NCBI GenBank assembly: GCA_951812955.1
Contig: OX638340.1
Coordinates: 2,880,001 to 2,944,000, forward strand
From: an uncultured Gemmatimonadota bacterium
GTDB lineage: Bacteria; JAAXHH01
Direction: 5' to 3'
Length of the DNA: 64,000 bases
The notes under the pieces: generated by a model
Databases searched by the model: none
Told to the model about the DNA's origin: nothing
Seen by the model: the letters and a program-made list of their open reading frames with translations, nothing else
Shown: piece by piece, positions 10,079-20,399 of the stretch
Numbering within the stretch: the stretch's first letter is position 1
How the letters are laid out: each line of letters opens with the position of its first letter
Program-made: the position numbers and the translations under genes

Positions 10079-10107
10079 TTGAATTGCACGGCTGGAACGG
10101 TTATAAT
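10079..10107 (+). promoter_or_regulatory. sigma70-like promoter for cbiZ-cbiB (TTGAAT-N17-TATAAT)
   Basis: Seen directly in the AT-rich divergent region. A transcript start would lie about 60 nt upstream of the cbiZ start. Confidence 0.4.
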
Positions 10108-10173
10108 CTAACCTTACACGAATGGTTGGCGGCAATGATCGTCGAGTTATGATCCACGCGTCCAGAGTTGAAG

Positions 10174-11298
10174 ATGAAAGCGTTACTTGATCGCCACGAG
10201 CATTACGTGCTTGAAAGAGATGGCCGTTTTCTCGTCGCGGCATTGCAGTCGCCCCACCAGGTGCTGAGTACCTCGGTCTGCGGCGGCGGAATGACCGACC
10301 GGGTCCGGTTTATCGTGAATCACCAGAGCTGCGAGGGCCAGGGCCACGGTGATCGGTTCGAATGGATGAATGAACTCGGCGAGCCCGGATACCATCGGCA
10401 CGTATGCAATGAACTCGGACTGGAACCCGAGGCCGTCGCGATGATGGGCACGGCCGCCAACATGAACTATGCCGCCCGGATCGTGGAGACCTTTGCGGAA
10501 TTGCGCGTATGCGCCGTCGTTACCGCCGGAGTCGAGGGCAACGCCGGCTGCGCGGGCGATCCCGCGAACTGGCATGAGACCGAATCCGGCCAGATGGAAA
10601 GACACCCCCACGACGGTACGATAAACACGATGCTGCTCATCAACTGGCCGCTTACGCCCGGCGCCATGGCGCGAGCGGCCGTCACCATGACCGAAGGCAA
10701 ATCGGCCGCCCTCCAGGAGCTTGCCGTTTCAAGCCTGTACTCCCAGGACCTGGCGACCGGGACGGGCACGGACCAGTACTGTATCGCCGCTCCGATGGAC
10801 GAAGCGAAACGGCCCAAGGCCCGGGCGGGACATCACGCAAAACTGGGCGAACTGATCGGCAGGTCCGTCCGCAGGGCGACCCTGGAAGCGCTTCGGTGGC
10901 AGAACGGACTGGAGGCGTCGAGCACCCGGAGCCTGTATCATGCGCTGAAACGGTACGGAATCAAGGCGGACCTGTTTCTGTCCGCCATGGAAAGCCGCCT
11001 GGAAGCGGACGAGTTAGCCTTTTTTGACAAAAACATCCGATCGGTCATCCACGATCCGGGCGTTTCGGCCGCCGCCTACGCCTTCGCGGCAGTATGGGAC
11101 CGACTCAGGCACGGAACGCTCTCCCCAACGCTGGCCGCACCGTTATTGCGACAGCAGGCCGCGGTGCTGGCGTCCTCGCTGGCTGCGAAACCCGAAACCT
11201 GGCCGACCTGTTACGAACAACTCGTCGTCCATGAAGACGCATTGCTGGATACCGTCTACGACGCGATAGCATTGGGATGGCGTCTCAAATGGACCTGA
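10174..11298 (+). CDS. cbiZ: adenosylcobinamide amidohydrolase CbiZ-like, with C-terminal extension
   Basis: CbiZ-family resemblance over the N-terminal ~250 aa, plus a ~120-aa C-terminal extension. It is adjacent to cbiB. The start could be the TTG at 10168 or the ATG at 10174. Confidence 0.6.
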   Translation: MKALLDRHEHYVLERDGRFLVAALQSPHQVLSTSVCGGGMTDRVRFIVNHQSCEGQGHGDRFEWMNELGEPGYHRHVCNELGLEPEAVAMMGTAANMNYAARIVETFAELRVCAVVTAGVEGNAGCAGDPANWHETESGQMERHPHDGTINTMLLINWPLTPGAMARAAVTMTEGKSAALQELAVSSLYSQDLATGTGTDQYCIAAPMDEAKRPKARAGHHAKLGELIGRSVRRATLEALRWQNGLEASSTRSLYHALKRYGIKADLFLSAMESRLEADELAFFDKNIRSVIHDPGVSAAAYAFAAVWDRLRHGTLSPTLAAPLLRQQAAVLASSLAAKPETWPTCYEQLVVHEDALLDTVYDAIALGWRLKWT

Positions 11299-12254
11299 CG
11301 GTACTCGCACCGGATCCCGTGCTGATAATTTGCGCGGTCGTGCTCGACGGCATCCTGGGCGATCCGGTTTACCGGTGGCATCCGGTACGCCTCATGGGCC
11401 ATACGCTCACCGTGCTGGAGCGCGTGCTCCGGCGGATAGGACTGGATGGGTACGCCGGCGGATGCATGCTGTTCCTGGTGCTCTCCGTGTTCTGGGTAGG
11501 CGTCAGCGCGGCATTGGCCCTCGGATTACACGATCAGCATCCCGCCCTGAACGGGATCTACCAGATTTTCGTGATTTACAGCATGGTGGCGCTCAGGGAC
11601 CTCTGCCGCCACGGCCTGGCCATCGATCGCGCCGGAGACCTCAAAGGCGCGCGGCGGGCCGTGTCCATGCTGGTCGGTCGGGATACCTCCACCATGGACG
11701 CCGCGGCCTGCGGGCGCGCGGGCATGGAAAGCCTGAGCGAGAACGCGGTGGACGGCTTCATTGCGCCACTGTTCTGGTATGCCCTGCTGGGATTGCCGGG
11801 CATCGTGCTTTTCAAGGTGATCAGCACGATGGATTCCATGGTGGGATACCGGACGCCCCGGTATGCGGCCTTCGGCTGGTGCGGCGCGCGGCTGGACGAC
11901 CTGTTCAATCTCATCCCCGCCCGGCTCACCTATCTGCTGATGGCGGTGATCGCGTTTCTTCTGCCTGGATATTCAGGCCGCAAGGCCCTGTTTGTGGGTT
12001 GGCGGCAGCACGCGCAGATTCCGGGTCCGAACTCCGGTTGGAGCGAAGCATCGGCGGCCGGCGCTGTGCAGCGGCGGCTGGTCGGACCGGTCCTGCAGGA
12101 CGGGGAGCTGGTTACCGAGGTCTGGATCGGCGACGCAGGCGACCCGGAAGGCGGCCAGGCCGGCGATCTGCGCCGCATGTGCCTGTTCGTGGTGGTTACC
12201 TGTTCGCTGACCACCGCACTCGCTGTTCTGGTCCTGGTCGTGCTGGCGAATTAA
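11277..12254 (+). CDS. cbiB: adenosylcobinamide-phosphate synthase CbiB/CobD
   Basis: Membrane protein with CbiB/CobD blocks (HPVRLMG, FWYALLG, PGIVLFKVISTMDSMVGY). It overlaps the cbiZ end. Confidence 0.85.
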   Translation: MASQMDLTVLAPDPVLIICAVVLDGILGDPVYRWHPVRLMGHTLTVLERVLRRIGLDGYAGGCMLFLVLSVFWVGVSAALALGLHDQHPALNGIYQIFVIYSMVALRDLCRHGLAIDRAGDLKGARRAVSMLVGRDTSTMDAAACGRAGMESLSENAVDGFIAPLFWYALLGLPGIVLFKVISTMDSMVGYRTPRYAAFGWCGARLDDLFNLIPARLTYLLMAVIAFLLPGYSGRKALFVGWRQHAQIPGPNSGWSEASAAGAVQRRLVGPVLQDGELVTEVWIGDAGDPEGGQAGDLRRMCLFVVVTCSLTTALAVLVLVVLAN

Positions 12255-12288
12255 ACGCCGTGCCAGGAAGTTCGCGGTTTCCGGGCCC

Positions 12289-13301
12289 TTACCTGACCAC
12301 CCCATAGAACCGCGCCAGGAATCTTGCCGGAACAAACAGGGAAAAAAGCAGCCGCAGGAGCCAGGTCAGCAACAGCGTGCGAACCGGCCCACGGCGTTCC
12401 CAGCGCCGTGCGGAAGTAAGCACGGGTTCGTCGATCCAGTCCAGTCCGCCGGCCTTCTTCAGCCGGTCGGCGAATCGGGCGTCTTCAAAGACCGGGATCC
12501 CTGGAAATCCGCCCACTGTCTCGAAGGCCTCCCGGGTGGTATAAATCGCCTGATCGCCGTAGGTAATACCCAGGAAGCGCGAGCGGAAATTGGTTCCCCC
12601 CGCGATCCACCGGTATATCCGGCTTGCATGGGCAATGTCGAAACGAAACCTTCCCCCCGCCTTGCCGCGTCCGAAGATCGATTCAGCTACCAGCTCCCGC
12701 CAACGGTTCGGAAGCCGGGTGTCTGCGTGAAGGAAAAGCAGCACGTCTCCGGACGAGGCCGCGGCACCCTCGTTCATCTGGACCGCACGGCCCGGTTTGC
12801 CCAGCTCGACCAAGCCTACCTCGGAACGTGACCGGACGATTCCCGCCGTTCCGTCGTCGCTTCCGCCGTCCACGACGATAATCTCCAGTCCATCTGAAAC
12901 GTCCGGCAGGCCACTGCGGCCCAGTCCGCCCGATCCGCCCGATTCGCCCAGAGCGCCTCGCAGGCCCGATCCGCTCGATCCGCCCGATTCGCCCATCACG
13001 CCTCGCAGGCCCGATCCGCCCGATCCGCCCGATCCGCCCGATCCGCCCAAACCGCCTGATTCGCCCTGTCCGCAATCGAACTGGTCCAGGCAGTCTCCGA
13101 TGGTCGTGGCTTCGTTGAGCGTGGGGATGATGATGCTGACGCGGAGGGGCTTGGCCAATCGTGCTTTCGCGCGTCTCGAGGTCACGTGATCGGAGGATGC
13201 GTTCCCGCGTCCGGACTTATCGAGCGGCGTCTGAGATGTTGAAGGCGATGCGCGCGACTTACCCGAGGGTTCGTTCCAATGCCCGGATGAAGGCTTCATT
13301 T
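12289..13301 (-). CDS. family-2 glycosyltransferase (TIGR04283-like) carrying an internal Gly/Ser-rich repeat insertion
   Basis: IIIPTLNE and EIIVVDGGSDDGT motifs are split by an insertion of about 60 aa of GGSGG/LRG repeats. Start placed at the ATG after a GAGAGAAG RBS. The longer ORF upstream overlaps the aminotransferase and is unlikely to be coding. Confidence 0.65.
12921..13063. repeat. in-frame 9-bp tandem repeat tract (CCCGATCCG x4 perfect plus degenerate copies) inside the GT2 gene
   Basis: Direct reading of the DNA. It encodes GSGGSGG/LRG repeats on the minus strand. Confidence 0.8.
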
Positions 13302-14602
13302 TCTTCTCTCGAACCCGTCGAAACCCGGATGTGGTTCGGTGACGCCCACTGGCCGGCGCCCGCGCGGACCATGACCCGCCTGGACCATAACGAACGCACG
13401 ATGCGCTGCGTCTCCCGCCCGAAATCGGCCCAGAGAAAGCACGCGTGGCTGGGCACGACCCGGGCGCCCAGTCGCTCCAACTCGGCCGTGAGGTAATCGT
13501 TGCCTTCCCATACGGCCTGCAGGGACCGCTTGACGTGTTCATCGTCACCGAGGGCCGCTGCGGCCGCGTGGACGGACAGGACGTTCCGGCCGAGGAGTCC
13601 CATGGAGAAAGGCGCCAGCCTGTAGATCACGTCCCGATGCGCGATGGCATAGCCCACGCGGATGCCGCCGAGTCCGTACACCTTGGAGAACGTCCGGAGC
13701 ACGATCACGTTTTCCCGTTCCTTGGCGACTTCGATGAAATCCCGATATTCCGGGTCACGGACAAAGTGAACGTAGACCTCGTCAATGGCCACGAGGACAT
13801 GCGGCGGCACCCGGTCGATGAAGTCCAGGATCCGATCATGGGGCAGCAGCGCTCCGGTGGGGTTGTGGGGGTTGCAAATGATGACCAGGCCTGTGCTTTC
13901 GCCGATCCGCTTCCCCATGTCTTCGAGATCGTGGTTTCCGTCCGGCAACACGGGCGACCGTTGCGACTGCACCCCGTGGCCGGCGTCGCGGAGTTCGTCG
14001 CCGACGCGGGTAACCTGGCCGTAGGAAGGGAATGCTTCCACGACTTCGCCGTGTTTCATCAGGGCCTGCAGGGCCAGGATCTGGAGTAGTTCGGTCGTTC
14101 CCACACCAAGCATCAGGCCGTGGCGCTCGCCTGTCGCCTTGAAATCGAAGCCCGACGGGCGGGGAATGTCCAGGCCGTGGTGCCGGATGATCGCGTTTTG
14201 CAGGGTGGTCGTGTAATCATACCGGTTCATCCAGTCCTGGTGGCGCAGCACGGCTTCTATGGCCGCCGGGGACGCGCCCAGGGGGTTTTCGTTGAAGGCG
14301 AGCCGGACGCGGCCCGGTTCGACTCCCACGCCCTTTACATCCGTGGGTTGACGCCCGGAGAGCTGGGCAGCTACCGATTCGGGTGCATGCGGTCCGCCCA
14401 GTCCCGCCACCAGCGCTGCCGCGCCTGTCAGTCCACCCCGGAGGAAATCTCTCCGTGATACGGGCTCGTCCGGCGGGTATCCGTCCGGCAGGAATCCGAA
14501 TGAATGGACGGACTCGTCTAGTCTTTCTGGGGAAGGCACAGGGTAGATCCATCGGTATGGGTGAATGCGCGGCAACCAGGTTCTAAGCGGACAGCGCGTC
14601 AC
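13259..14602 (-). CDS. class I/II PLP aminotransferase (HisC-like) with twin-arginine signal
   Basis: SRRDFLRGGLTGAAALVAGLGG Tat motif. LAFNENPLG, NPHNPTG and SKVYGLGGIRVGY blocks are typical of HisC-type aminotransferases. GTG start lies 10 nt after the relA stop; the exact start is uncertain. Confidence 0.7.
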   Translation of the reverse strand: MTRCPLRTWLPRIHPYRWIYPVPSPERLDESVHSFGFLPDGYPPDEPVSRRDFLRGGLTGAAALVAGLGGPHAPESVAAQLSGRQPTDVKGVGVEPGRVRLAFNENPLGASPAAIEAVLRHQDWMNRYDYTTTLQNAIIRHHGLDIPRPSGFDFKATGERHGLMLGVGTTELLQILALQALMKHGEVVEAFPSYGQVTRVGDELRDAGHGVQSQRSPVLPDGNHDLEDMGKRIGESTGLVIICNPHNPTGALLPHDRILDFIDRVPPHVLVAIDEVYVHFVRDPEYRDFIEVAKERENVIVLRTFSKVYGLGGIRVGYAIAHRDVIYRLAPFSMGLLGRNVLSVHAAAAALGDDEHVKRSLQAVWEGNDYLTAELERLGARVVPSHACFLWADFGRETQRIVRSLWSRRVMVRAGAGQWASPNHIRVSTGSREENEAFIRALERTLG

Positions 14603-14611
14603 AGACTGGAG

Positions 14612-16927
14612 TCAGCTGCCGGGATTCTGGCCGAGATGATCGAAGACGTCTTCCGATACGCCACCGGGTTTCACGCCGGTTTCCCGTTCCACCCGGTCCA
14701 CGCCCTTTAACCTGTTGATGCGGACGATCAGGCGTTCCAGCTGGCTGAGATGTTCCACCTCGATGGTGAAATTTCCGTCCGCCAACCCGTCTGTGGAGTC
14801 CATCGCGGCGTGGGTGATGTTGATGCCGGCCTCCGTAATCGTCCTGGAAATCCCGTTGAGCAGACCGGGCCGGTCGTTTCCGTAGATACGCAGGCCGACG
14901 ACGAAGAACTGGTCCTTCTCCACGTCCCAGTGTACCTCGAGGCGCCGTTCCAGATCGTCCACGATATTCGAGCATTCCTTGTTGTGCACCGTCACGCCCC
15001 GTCCGCGGGTGATGAAGCCGATGATGGGATCTCCCGGAACCGGCTGGCAGCACTGGGCGAAACGGATCATCAGATTGTCTATGCCCGTGACCTTGACTCC
15101 GCCCCGAGAACGGCGCACCCTGTCCACGAACCGGGTCAGTACCGACGCTTTTGCCGGATCCTTTTCGGCATCGGGCTCTTCGGGAAGCAGCCTCTGGGCG
15201 ACCTGGGCCGCGGAATATTCGCCCCGGCCGATCGCGGCGTAGAGTCGACTCGCGTCAGTCAGCCCGAATTCCTTCGCTAAAGCCTCCAGCTCATCGGATA
15301 CCTTGCGCTTTACCTTCAGCCGCTTCAGTTCCCGGCCCAGCAGGTCTTCGCCCAGCCTGATGCTCTGTTCCAGCGTGGCCTTCCTGAACCACGACCTGAT
15401 CTTGGAGGAGGCCTTGGTCGTCTTGACGATATCGAGCCAGTACGAACTCGGGGTCTGGTGCGGTGAAGTGAATATGGTGACCGTGTCGCCATTGTTCAAC
15501 TTCCCGGCCAGCGGCGCGATGTTGCCGTTCACCTTCGCTCCGCTGCATTGGAGCCCGATGTCGGTGTGAATGGCGAAGGCGAAGTCCAGCACGCTGGCGC
15601 CCTGCGGCAGTTCCTTGAGATCCCCGCGCGGGGTGAATACGAAGATGGCGTCGTCGTAAAGGTCCATGCGCAGGTAACTCATGAATTCCTTCGGATCGGT
15701 CATGTCCGTCTGCCAGTCCAGCGCCTGGCTGAGCCAGTCTTCTCGACCCTCGCCGTCCGTGACCTCCTCCTTCCCTTCCTTGTAGAGCCAGTGGGCGGCG
15801 ATCCCCACTTCCGCGACCCGGTCCATCTCCCGCGTGCGGATCTGGATTTCGGCCGTTTCGCCGTTGGACGCGATGATCGTGGTGTGCAGGGACTGGTACA
15901 TGTTCATCTTGGGGCGGGAGACGTAGTCTTTGAAGCGGTCGAAAATCGGGGTGTAGAGGGTATGGATGATCCCCAGCGCGTGGTAGCAGTTGGGCACCGT
16001 GTCGGTCACGACGCGAAGCGCATGGAGGTCGTAGATCTCCTCGAAAGGACGTTGGCGGCGCTGCATTTTCGTGTAGATACTATGGAAATGCTTCGCGCGG
16101 CCGTTCACCGTGGCGTCGATACCCGCGTCCTTCAGCGCTTTGACGATAGGCTGCCGGATCTCGTCGATCAGTTTTTCCCGCTCCTCCCGTTTCTGGTCCA
16201 GCTTGCTCGCGAGGTCCCGGTACACATCGGGAGACAGGTATTTCAGGCAGAGGTCTTCCAGTTCGGACTTGATCTTGGCCATGCCGAACCGGTGGGCGAG
16301 GGGGGCGTAGATCTCCCGGGTTTCGAGGGAGATGCGCTGCTGCTTCTCCTCTACCAGGAAGGACAGCGTCCGCATGTTGTGAAGCCGGTCCGCGAGTTTG
16401 ATGAGGATGATCCGTACGTCCTTGGCCATGGAAACGAGCATCTTGCGGAAATACTCGGCCTGCAGCTCCTCCTGGCTTCGGAAGGACAGCCCGGTGATCT
16501 TGGTGACGCCGTTTACCAGGACGGCCACTTCCTCGCCGAACTCCGCTGCCAATTGCTCGATGGTAACGTCTTCCACGTCTTCCACGACGTCGTGCAACAG
16601 TCCCGCCGCTATGGTCACGGCGTCCAGTTGCAGACCGATCAGCGTAAGCACCACCTGCGTACAGTGCACCATGAAGGGTTCGCCGGACTTGCGGACCTGG
16701 CCGGCGTGATGCAGCATGCTGAAGTGATAGGCCCGTTCGATGAGGTCAAGCTGGATTTCCAGCGCTTCGTCGGAGTCGATCTCCGGATGTGAAATGGCGT
16801 ATTGTTCCAGCAAGACCTGGACCGGAACGATCGCGGAGTTCGAAATGGCGCTTTCAACCGTGGCAGTCATCTGGATACTCGCCCGGGCAGGTCCGACTGC
16901 CCGCTTGGAGTCGTTTAACAGGGACAC
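14612..16927 (-). CDS. bifunctional (p)ppGpp synthetase/hydrolase RelA/SpoT
   Basis: 771 aa. HD hydrolase motif (HDVVEDV), a RelA/SpoT synthetase domain, and TGS and ACT regions. Confidence 0.9.
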   Translation of the reverse strand: MSLLNDSKRAVGPARASIQMTATVESAISNSAIVPVQVLLEQYAISHPEIDSDEALEIQLDLIERAYHFSMLHHAGQVRKSGEPFMVHCTQVVLTLIGLQLDAVTIAAGLLHDVVEDVEDVTIEQLAAEFGEEVAVLVNGVTKITGLSFRSQEELQAEYFRKMLVSMAKDVRIILIKLADRLHNMRTLSFLVEEKQQRISLETREIYAPLAHRFGMAKIKSELEDLCLKYLSPDVYRDLASKLDQKREEREKLIDEIRQPIVKALKDAGIDATVNGRAKHFHSIYTKMQRRQRPFEEIYDLHALRVVTDTVPNCYHALGIIHTLYTPIFDRFKDYVSRPKMNMYQSLHTTIIASNGETAEIQIRTREMDRVAEVGIAAHWLYKEGKEEVTDGEGREDWLSQALDWQTDMTDPKEFMSYLRMDLYDDAIFVFTPRGDLKELPQGASVLDFAFAIHTDIGLQCSGAKVNGNIAPLAGKLNNGDTVTIFTSPHQTPSSYWLDIVKTTKASSKIRSWFRKATLEQSIRLGEDLLGRELKRLKVKRKVSDELEALAKEFGLTDASRLYAAIGRGEYSAAQVAQRLLPEEPDAEKDPAKASVLTRFVDRVRRSRGGVKVTGIDNLMIRFAQCCQPVPGDPIIGFITRGRGVTVHNKECSNIVDDLERRLEVHWDVEKDQFFVVGLRIYGNDRPGLLNGISRTITEAGINITHAAMDSTDGLADGNFTIEVEHLSQLERLIVRINRLKGVDRVERETGVKPGGVSEDVFDHLGQNPGS

Positions 16928-17048
16928 GGGGCAACCGACACTGCTTCATGACCCGCGCATTCACCTGGAATAGCAAGCGAGTGTAACATCGCTTATTTAC
17001 AATAGGTTACCTTATATCATTATAGATAATGGACGTAAAGGTCCGATG

Positions 17049-18227
17049 TCAAGCCGGTTTTGGCCGGCCGGGAAACAGGAAAGCCGATACATCGTGGACG
17101 AAACGGTCGAAGGCGGATCTGTACGCCGGGCTGATGTGGTGGGCGTTCCGGACGTTCCTGATCATGGTGCGGGTCGCCGCCCCGCGCCGGTCGTAGACAG
17201 TGGGTAGCGGATCGCCCGTGGTAAAGGGAAACTCGTGTACGCCCAGGTCCAGACGCAGCACGTGCGCCGGATGCAGGTTCCATGCCGCCCTTTCGGCCGA
17301 TATGACCCGGTCGGCGGGGTTGACGACCAGCAGCAACCGGTCTCGCAGGATCTCCATGCGGTCTTTCAGCCCTTCGCCATGAATCAGTACCTCCGCAAGC
17401 CAGCGGGCAGGCGCCTCGACCAGTTTCCGGTGTCGGTCATCGACCGCATCGAGCAGAAAAGACCGTCCCTGAAGGTATGCCGATAGCCGATTCGCGGCCG
17501 CATCATCCATGATAAACAGACTTCCTGGCCGGATGCCGTCGAGGGGAGCGCCTGAGGCGAAGAGCGCTGCGCGGCCATTGGAAAACCGGCCGCCGGGATC
17601 GTCGAGCAACAGAATCAGGGCAAGGTAGCCGCCGGCCGAGTATCCCAGGAAACGCGCGCTTGCACCCGCTTTGCAGCCTTCGTGATCGCCCGCTTCGATC
17701 CGGTCCGCCAGGTCCACTGCGTCGAAATAGGACTGCAGTCCACCGAGCACGTAGCGTTCAGGCGCTCGGCTCAACCGTTCGCTAATGCGGCCATTGAAGG
17801 GACTTGTCTGTCCGTTCGCGGCCAGGGCGGCGCGCTGGGTGGCGATCCGGGTCTGGTCCTGCGAACTCCAGAGTTTCGACCGCCTTCCGACGTGGAAGGA
17901 CAGGGGGAAGAGTATGACGGGAATCCCGAGCCGCAGGGCGAAACTGGCGGCCCAGGGCAGCATTCTGGCGTAACTGCCCTCGTTCAGGCCGTGGAATATG
18001 ACCAGGACTTCATCGGCGCCTCCGGCGGGCAGGTCGACCGGCTCCACCATGAGGTAGTTGAATCCGCGATTCTCCGCGACATCCCGGTCTACCGGCACCA
18101 GCAGTCCGTTCCAACGGGATTCGAATCGCGGCCGGCGCAACCGGTAGCGTCCGTCGTCCACGGAGTCGCCGCCGGCCCGGTACAGCCTGTACAGCCTATC
18201 GGGCTCGTATACATTCCCGGGCATCAA
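17049..18227 (-). CDS. alpha/beta hydrolase (GYSAGG nucleophile motif)
   Basis: 392-aa ORF with a GxSxG motif (LGYSAGGY) and hydrolase-fold-like blocks. Confidence 0.5.
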   Translation of the reverse strand: MMPGNVYEPDRLYRLYRAGGDSVDDGRYRLRRPRFESRWNGLLVPVDRDVAENRGFNYLMVEPVDLPAGGADEVLVIFHGLNEGSYARMLPWAASFALRLGIPVILFPLSFHVGRRSKLWSSQDQTRIATQRAALAANGQTSPFNGRISERLSRAPERYVLGGLQSYFDAVDLADRIEAGDHEGCKAGASARFLGYSAGGYLALILLLDDPGGRFSNGRAALFASGAPLDGIRPGSLFIMDDAAANRLSAYLQGRSFLLDAVDDRHRKLVEAPARWLAEVLIHGEGLKDRMEILRDRLLLVVNPADRVISAERAAWNLHPAHVLRLDLGVHEFPFTTGDPLPTVYDRRGAATRTMIRNVRNAHHISPAYRSAFDRFVHDVSAFLFPGRPKPA

Positions 18228-18582
18228 TCCTTCTCCTTGAGGCGCCGCCTACCGGTCGGATCCGGCGAATCCAAACGGGGCCGACGTGCATATCCAGGAT
18301 CTCCCGGGGCCGACGTGCACATACAAGACCACCGGCGCGTGACCCTCCGCTCGATCCTGGCCGGTAACGTCCTGTCCGTTTTCATCAACTTCACGAGCTA
18401 TTTCATCGAGGTGATCACCACTCCGTACTATTTTGCTTCACCCGAAAATCAATGGAAAGCGATTTTCTTCCAGCCGGTTCCCGGGGCAGGGACATCGGAT
18501 CCATGGCTGGTAGCGGTTCAGGTCGGCCATTTCACGTGGCTTGTGAGGGTATGGGAAATGTTACGACCCGTGACGAATAGAA

Positions 18583-18612
18583 TTGACATTCGGGTATCTA
18601 AACCCATATAAT
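18583..18612 (+). promoter_or_regulatory. sigma70-like promoter for korAB (TTGACA-N18-TATAAT)
   Basis: Perfect hexamers in the AT-rich region about 50 nt upstream of korA. Confidence 0.45.
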
Positions 18613-18662
18613 CAAATGATTTTGCGGATTTAATCCGACCTGGCGGTCGAGAAGGGTATTTC

Positions 18663-20399
18663 ATGGATCAACTGGACCTTACCATTCGCATAGCCGGAGA
18701 GAACGGTGAAGGCGTGCTTACCGTGGGCGACGTGCTGGCAGAAGCGCTGGCCCGGTCGGGTCTGCACATCTACACTTTCAAGAATCTCCCGGCCGAGATC
18801 AAAGGCGGCGCATCCATGACGCAGGTCAGGGTGCAGGATACCCCCGTCCGCTCGCCGGGCGACGCCCTCGATATCCTGATGGTCTGGAACCAGGAGAACT
18901 ACGACATCCACGTGGGCGAGGTGAAGCCCAGCGGCGTCGTGATATTCGATCCAGATGAATGCGAGGCGGACGAAAGCCTGGCGCTTACCCAGATCGCCGT
19001 CCCGCTTCAGAAGATCACGAAAACCGTCATCAAGACGATGAAGTCCAAGAATGTGCTGGCCTTCGGGATCCTGACCACGTTCCTGGGCATTCCCGTCGAA
19101 GCCGCGAAGCAGATGGTGGCCGAGAGTCGTTGGGGCCGGCGCAAAGAGTTCCTCGAGTCAAACATCAACGCCCTGAAGCAGGCCTACATCTACGTCGCCG
19201 ACAACGATATCGATCTGGGGCTCAGCGTCCCGGTAAACCAGAGGAACGGCCACGCCCAGCTGATCATGACGGGGAACGACGCGCTCTGCATGGGCGCCCT
19301 GGCCGCCGGTTGCCGGTACTACGCCGGATACCCCATTACACCCGCCAGCGACGTGATGGAGACACTTGCGAAAGCGATGCCCAGGGTGGGCGGCGTCCTG
19401 ATGCAGACCGAAGACGAGATCGCGGCCATCACCGCGTCCATCGGGGCTTCCTTCACCGGCGCGAAGGTAATGACCGCCACCGCGGGACCGGGTCTGTCCC
19501 TCATGGTCGAGGCCCTTGGCCTGGCGACCATGGAGGAGATCCCCATGGTTGTCGTGGACGTCCAGCGCGGCGGACCGAGCACCGGCATGCCCACCAAGAC
19601 CGAACAGTCGGACCTGAATCTGGCCATATACGGAGCCCACGGCGAAGCGCCGCGCATCGTGATCGCGGCGACCAATACCGAGGACTGTTTCTACACGGCG
19701 GTCAAGGCTTTCAATCTCGCCGAAAAATACCAGACGCCGGTCATCATGCTCAGCGACCAGCATCTCTCGCAGCGTGCGCAGGTCATGTCTCGTCCCGATC
19801 TCAGCCGGATCGAGATCGTCGAGCGGAAACAGCCCGAAGTAAACGGCAGTGTTTCTCCCCAGGAATTCGACCGGTACGAGATGACCGACGACTACGTTTC
19901 CCCCATGCCGTTGCCGGGCCGCCACGGACAGCACTACGTGGCGACGGGCCTGGAGCACGACGAGCACGCCCATATCGACTACTCGCCGGAAGCCCATATC
20001 CGGATGACTGAAAAACGGCATCAGAAAATCGAATCCGCGGTGAACGAGCCCGGGTTCGTACAGCGGTACGGCGCGGAGGACGCCCAACTCGGGCTGATCG
20101 GCTGGGGATCGTCGGAAGGCCCCATACTGGAAGCGCTGGACCGGACCCTGGCGAAGGGGTACAAGGTCGCCGCTCTGATATTCAAGATGTTGCAACCCCT
20201 GCCGGAAAAAGAAGCACGCGCCTTCATCGAATCCATTCCGGTAGTCTCGGTAGTCGAGCTGAACGCCAGCGGGCAGTTCGCAAACTACCTGCAGGGACGC
20301 CTGGCCGTTTCCCTGAAGCGGTTCAACATCATTACGGGACTGCCCTTCAAGGCGGGCGACATCGAGGAATACATCGAAGGAGTGCTGCAGTATGGCTGA
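18663..20399 (+). CDS. korA: 2-oxoacid:ferredoxin oxidoreductase, fused gamma-alpha subunit
   Basis: N-terminal gamma-type domain (IRIAGENGEGVLTVGDVL) followed by the alpha (KorA) domain. Confidence 0.85.
   Translation: MDQLDLTIRIAGENGEGVLTVGDVLAEALARSGLHIYTFKNLPAEIKGGASMTQVRVQDTPVRSPGDALDILMVWNQENYDIHVGEVKPSGVVIFDPDECEADESLALTQIAVPLQKITKTVIKTMKSKNVLAFGILTTFLGIPVEAAKQMVAESRWGRRKEFLESNINALKQAYIYVADNDIDLGLSVPVNQRNGHAQLIMTGNDALCMGALAAGCRYYAGYPITPASDVMETLAKAMPRVGGVLMQTEDEIAAITASIGASFTGAKVMTATAGPGLSLMVEALGLATMEEIPMVVVDVQRGGPSTGMPTKTEQSDLNLAIYGAHGEAPRIVIAATNTEDCFYTAVKAFNLAEKYQTPVIMLSDQHLSQRAQVMSRPDLSRIEIVERKQPEVNGSVSPQEFDRYEMTDDYVSPMPLPGRHGQHYVATGLEHDEHAHIDYSPEAHIRMTEKRHQKIESAVNEPGFVQRYGAEDAQLGLIGWGSSEGPILEALDRTLAKGYKVAALIFKMLQPLPEKEARAFIESIPVVSVVELNASGQFANYLQGRLAVSLKRFNIITGLPFKAGDIEEYIEGVLQYG

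Noticed and set aside
12797-13189. Pro-rich 'PDPPDPPDPP' ORF on the plus strand
   Set aside because: A frame artefact of the 9-bp repeat that encodes the Gly/Ser tract of the minus-strand GT2 gene.
12289-13548. Full 419-aa ORF as the glycosyltransferase CDS
   Set aside because: Its first ~80 codons overlap the 3' end of the upstream aminotransferase and translate to Ser/Arg/Pro-rich low complexity. An ATG with a purine-rich RBS at 13301 gives a protein starting just before the IIIPTLNE motif.
15548-16792. 414-aa plus-strand ORF
   Set aside because: Antisense to relA/spoT, which has unambiguous conserved domains. No recognisable motifs.
17049-17066. GCCGG-TTTTGG-CCGGC hairpin considered as a terminator
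   Set aside because: It lies inside the last codons (…RPKPA*) of the 17049-18227 hydrolase gene and has no U-tract.
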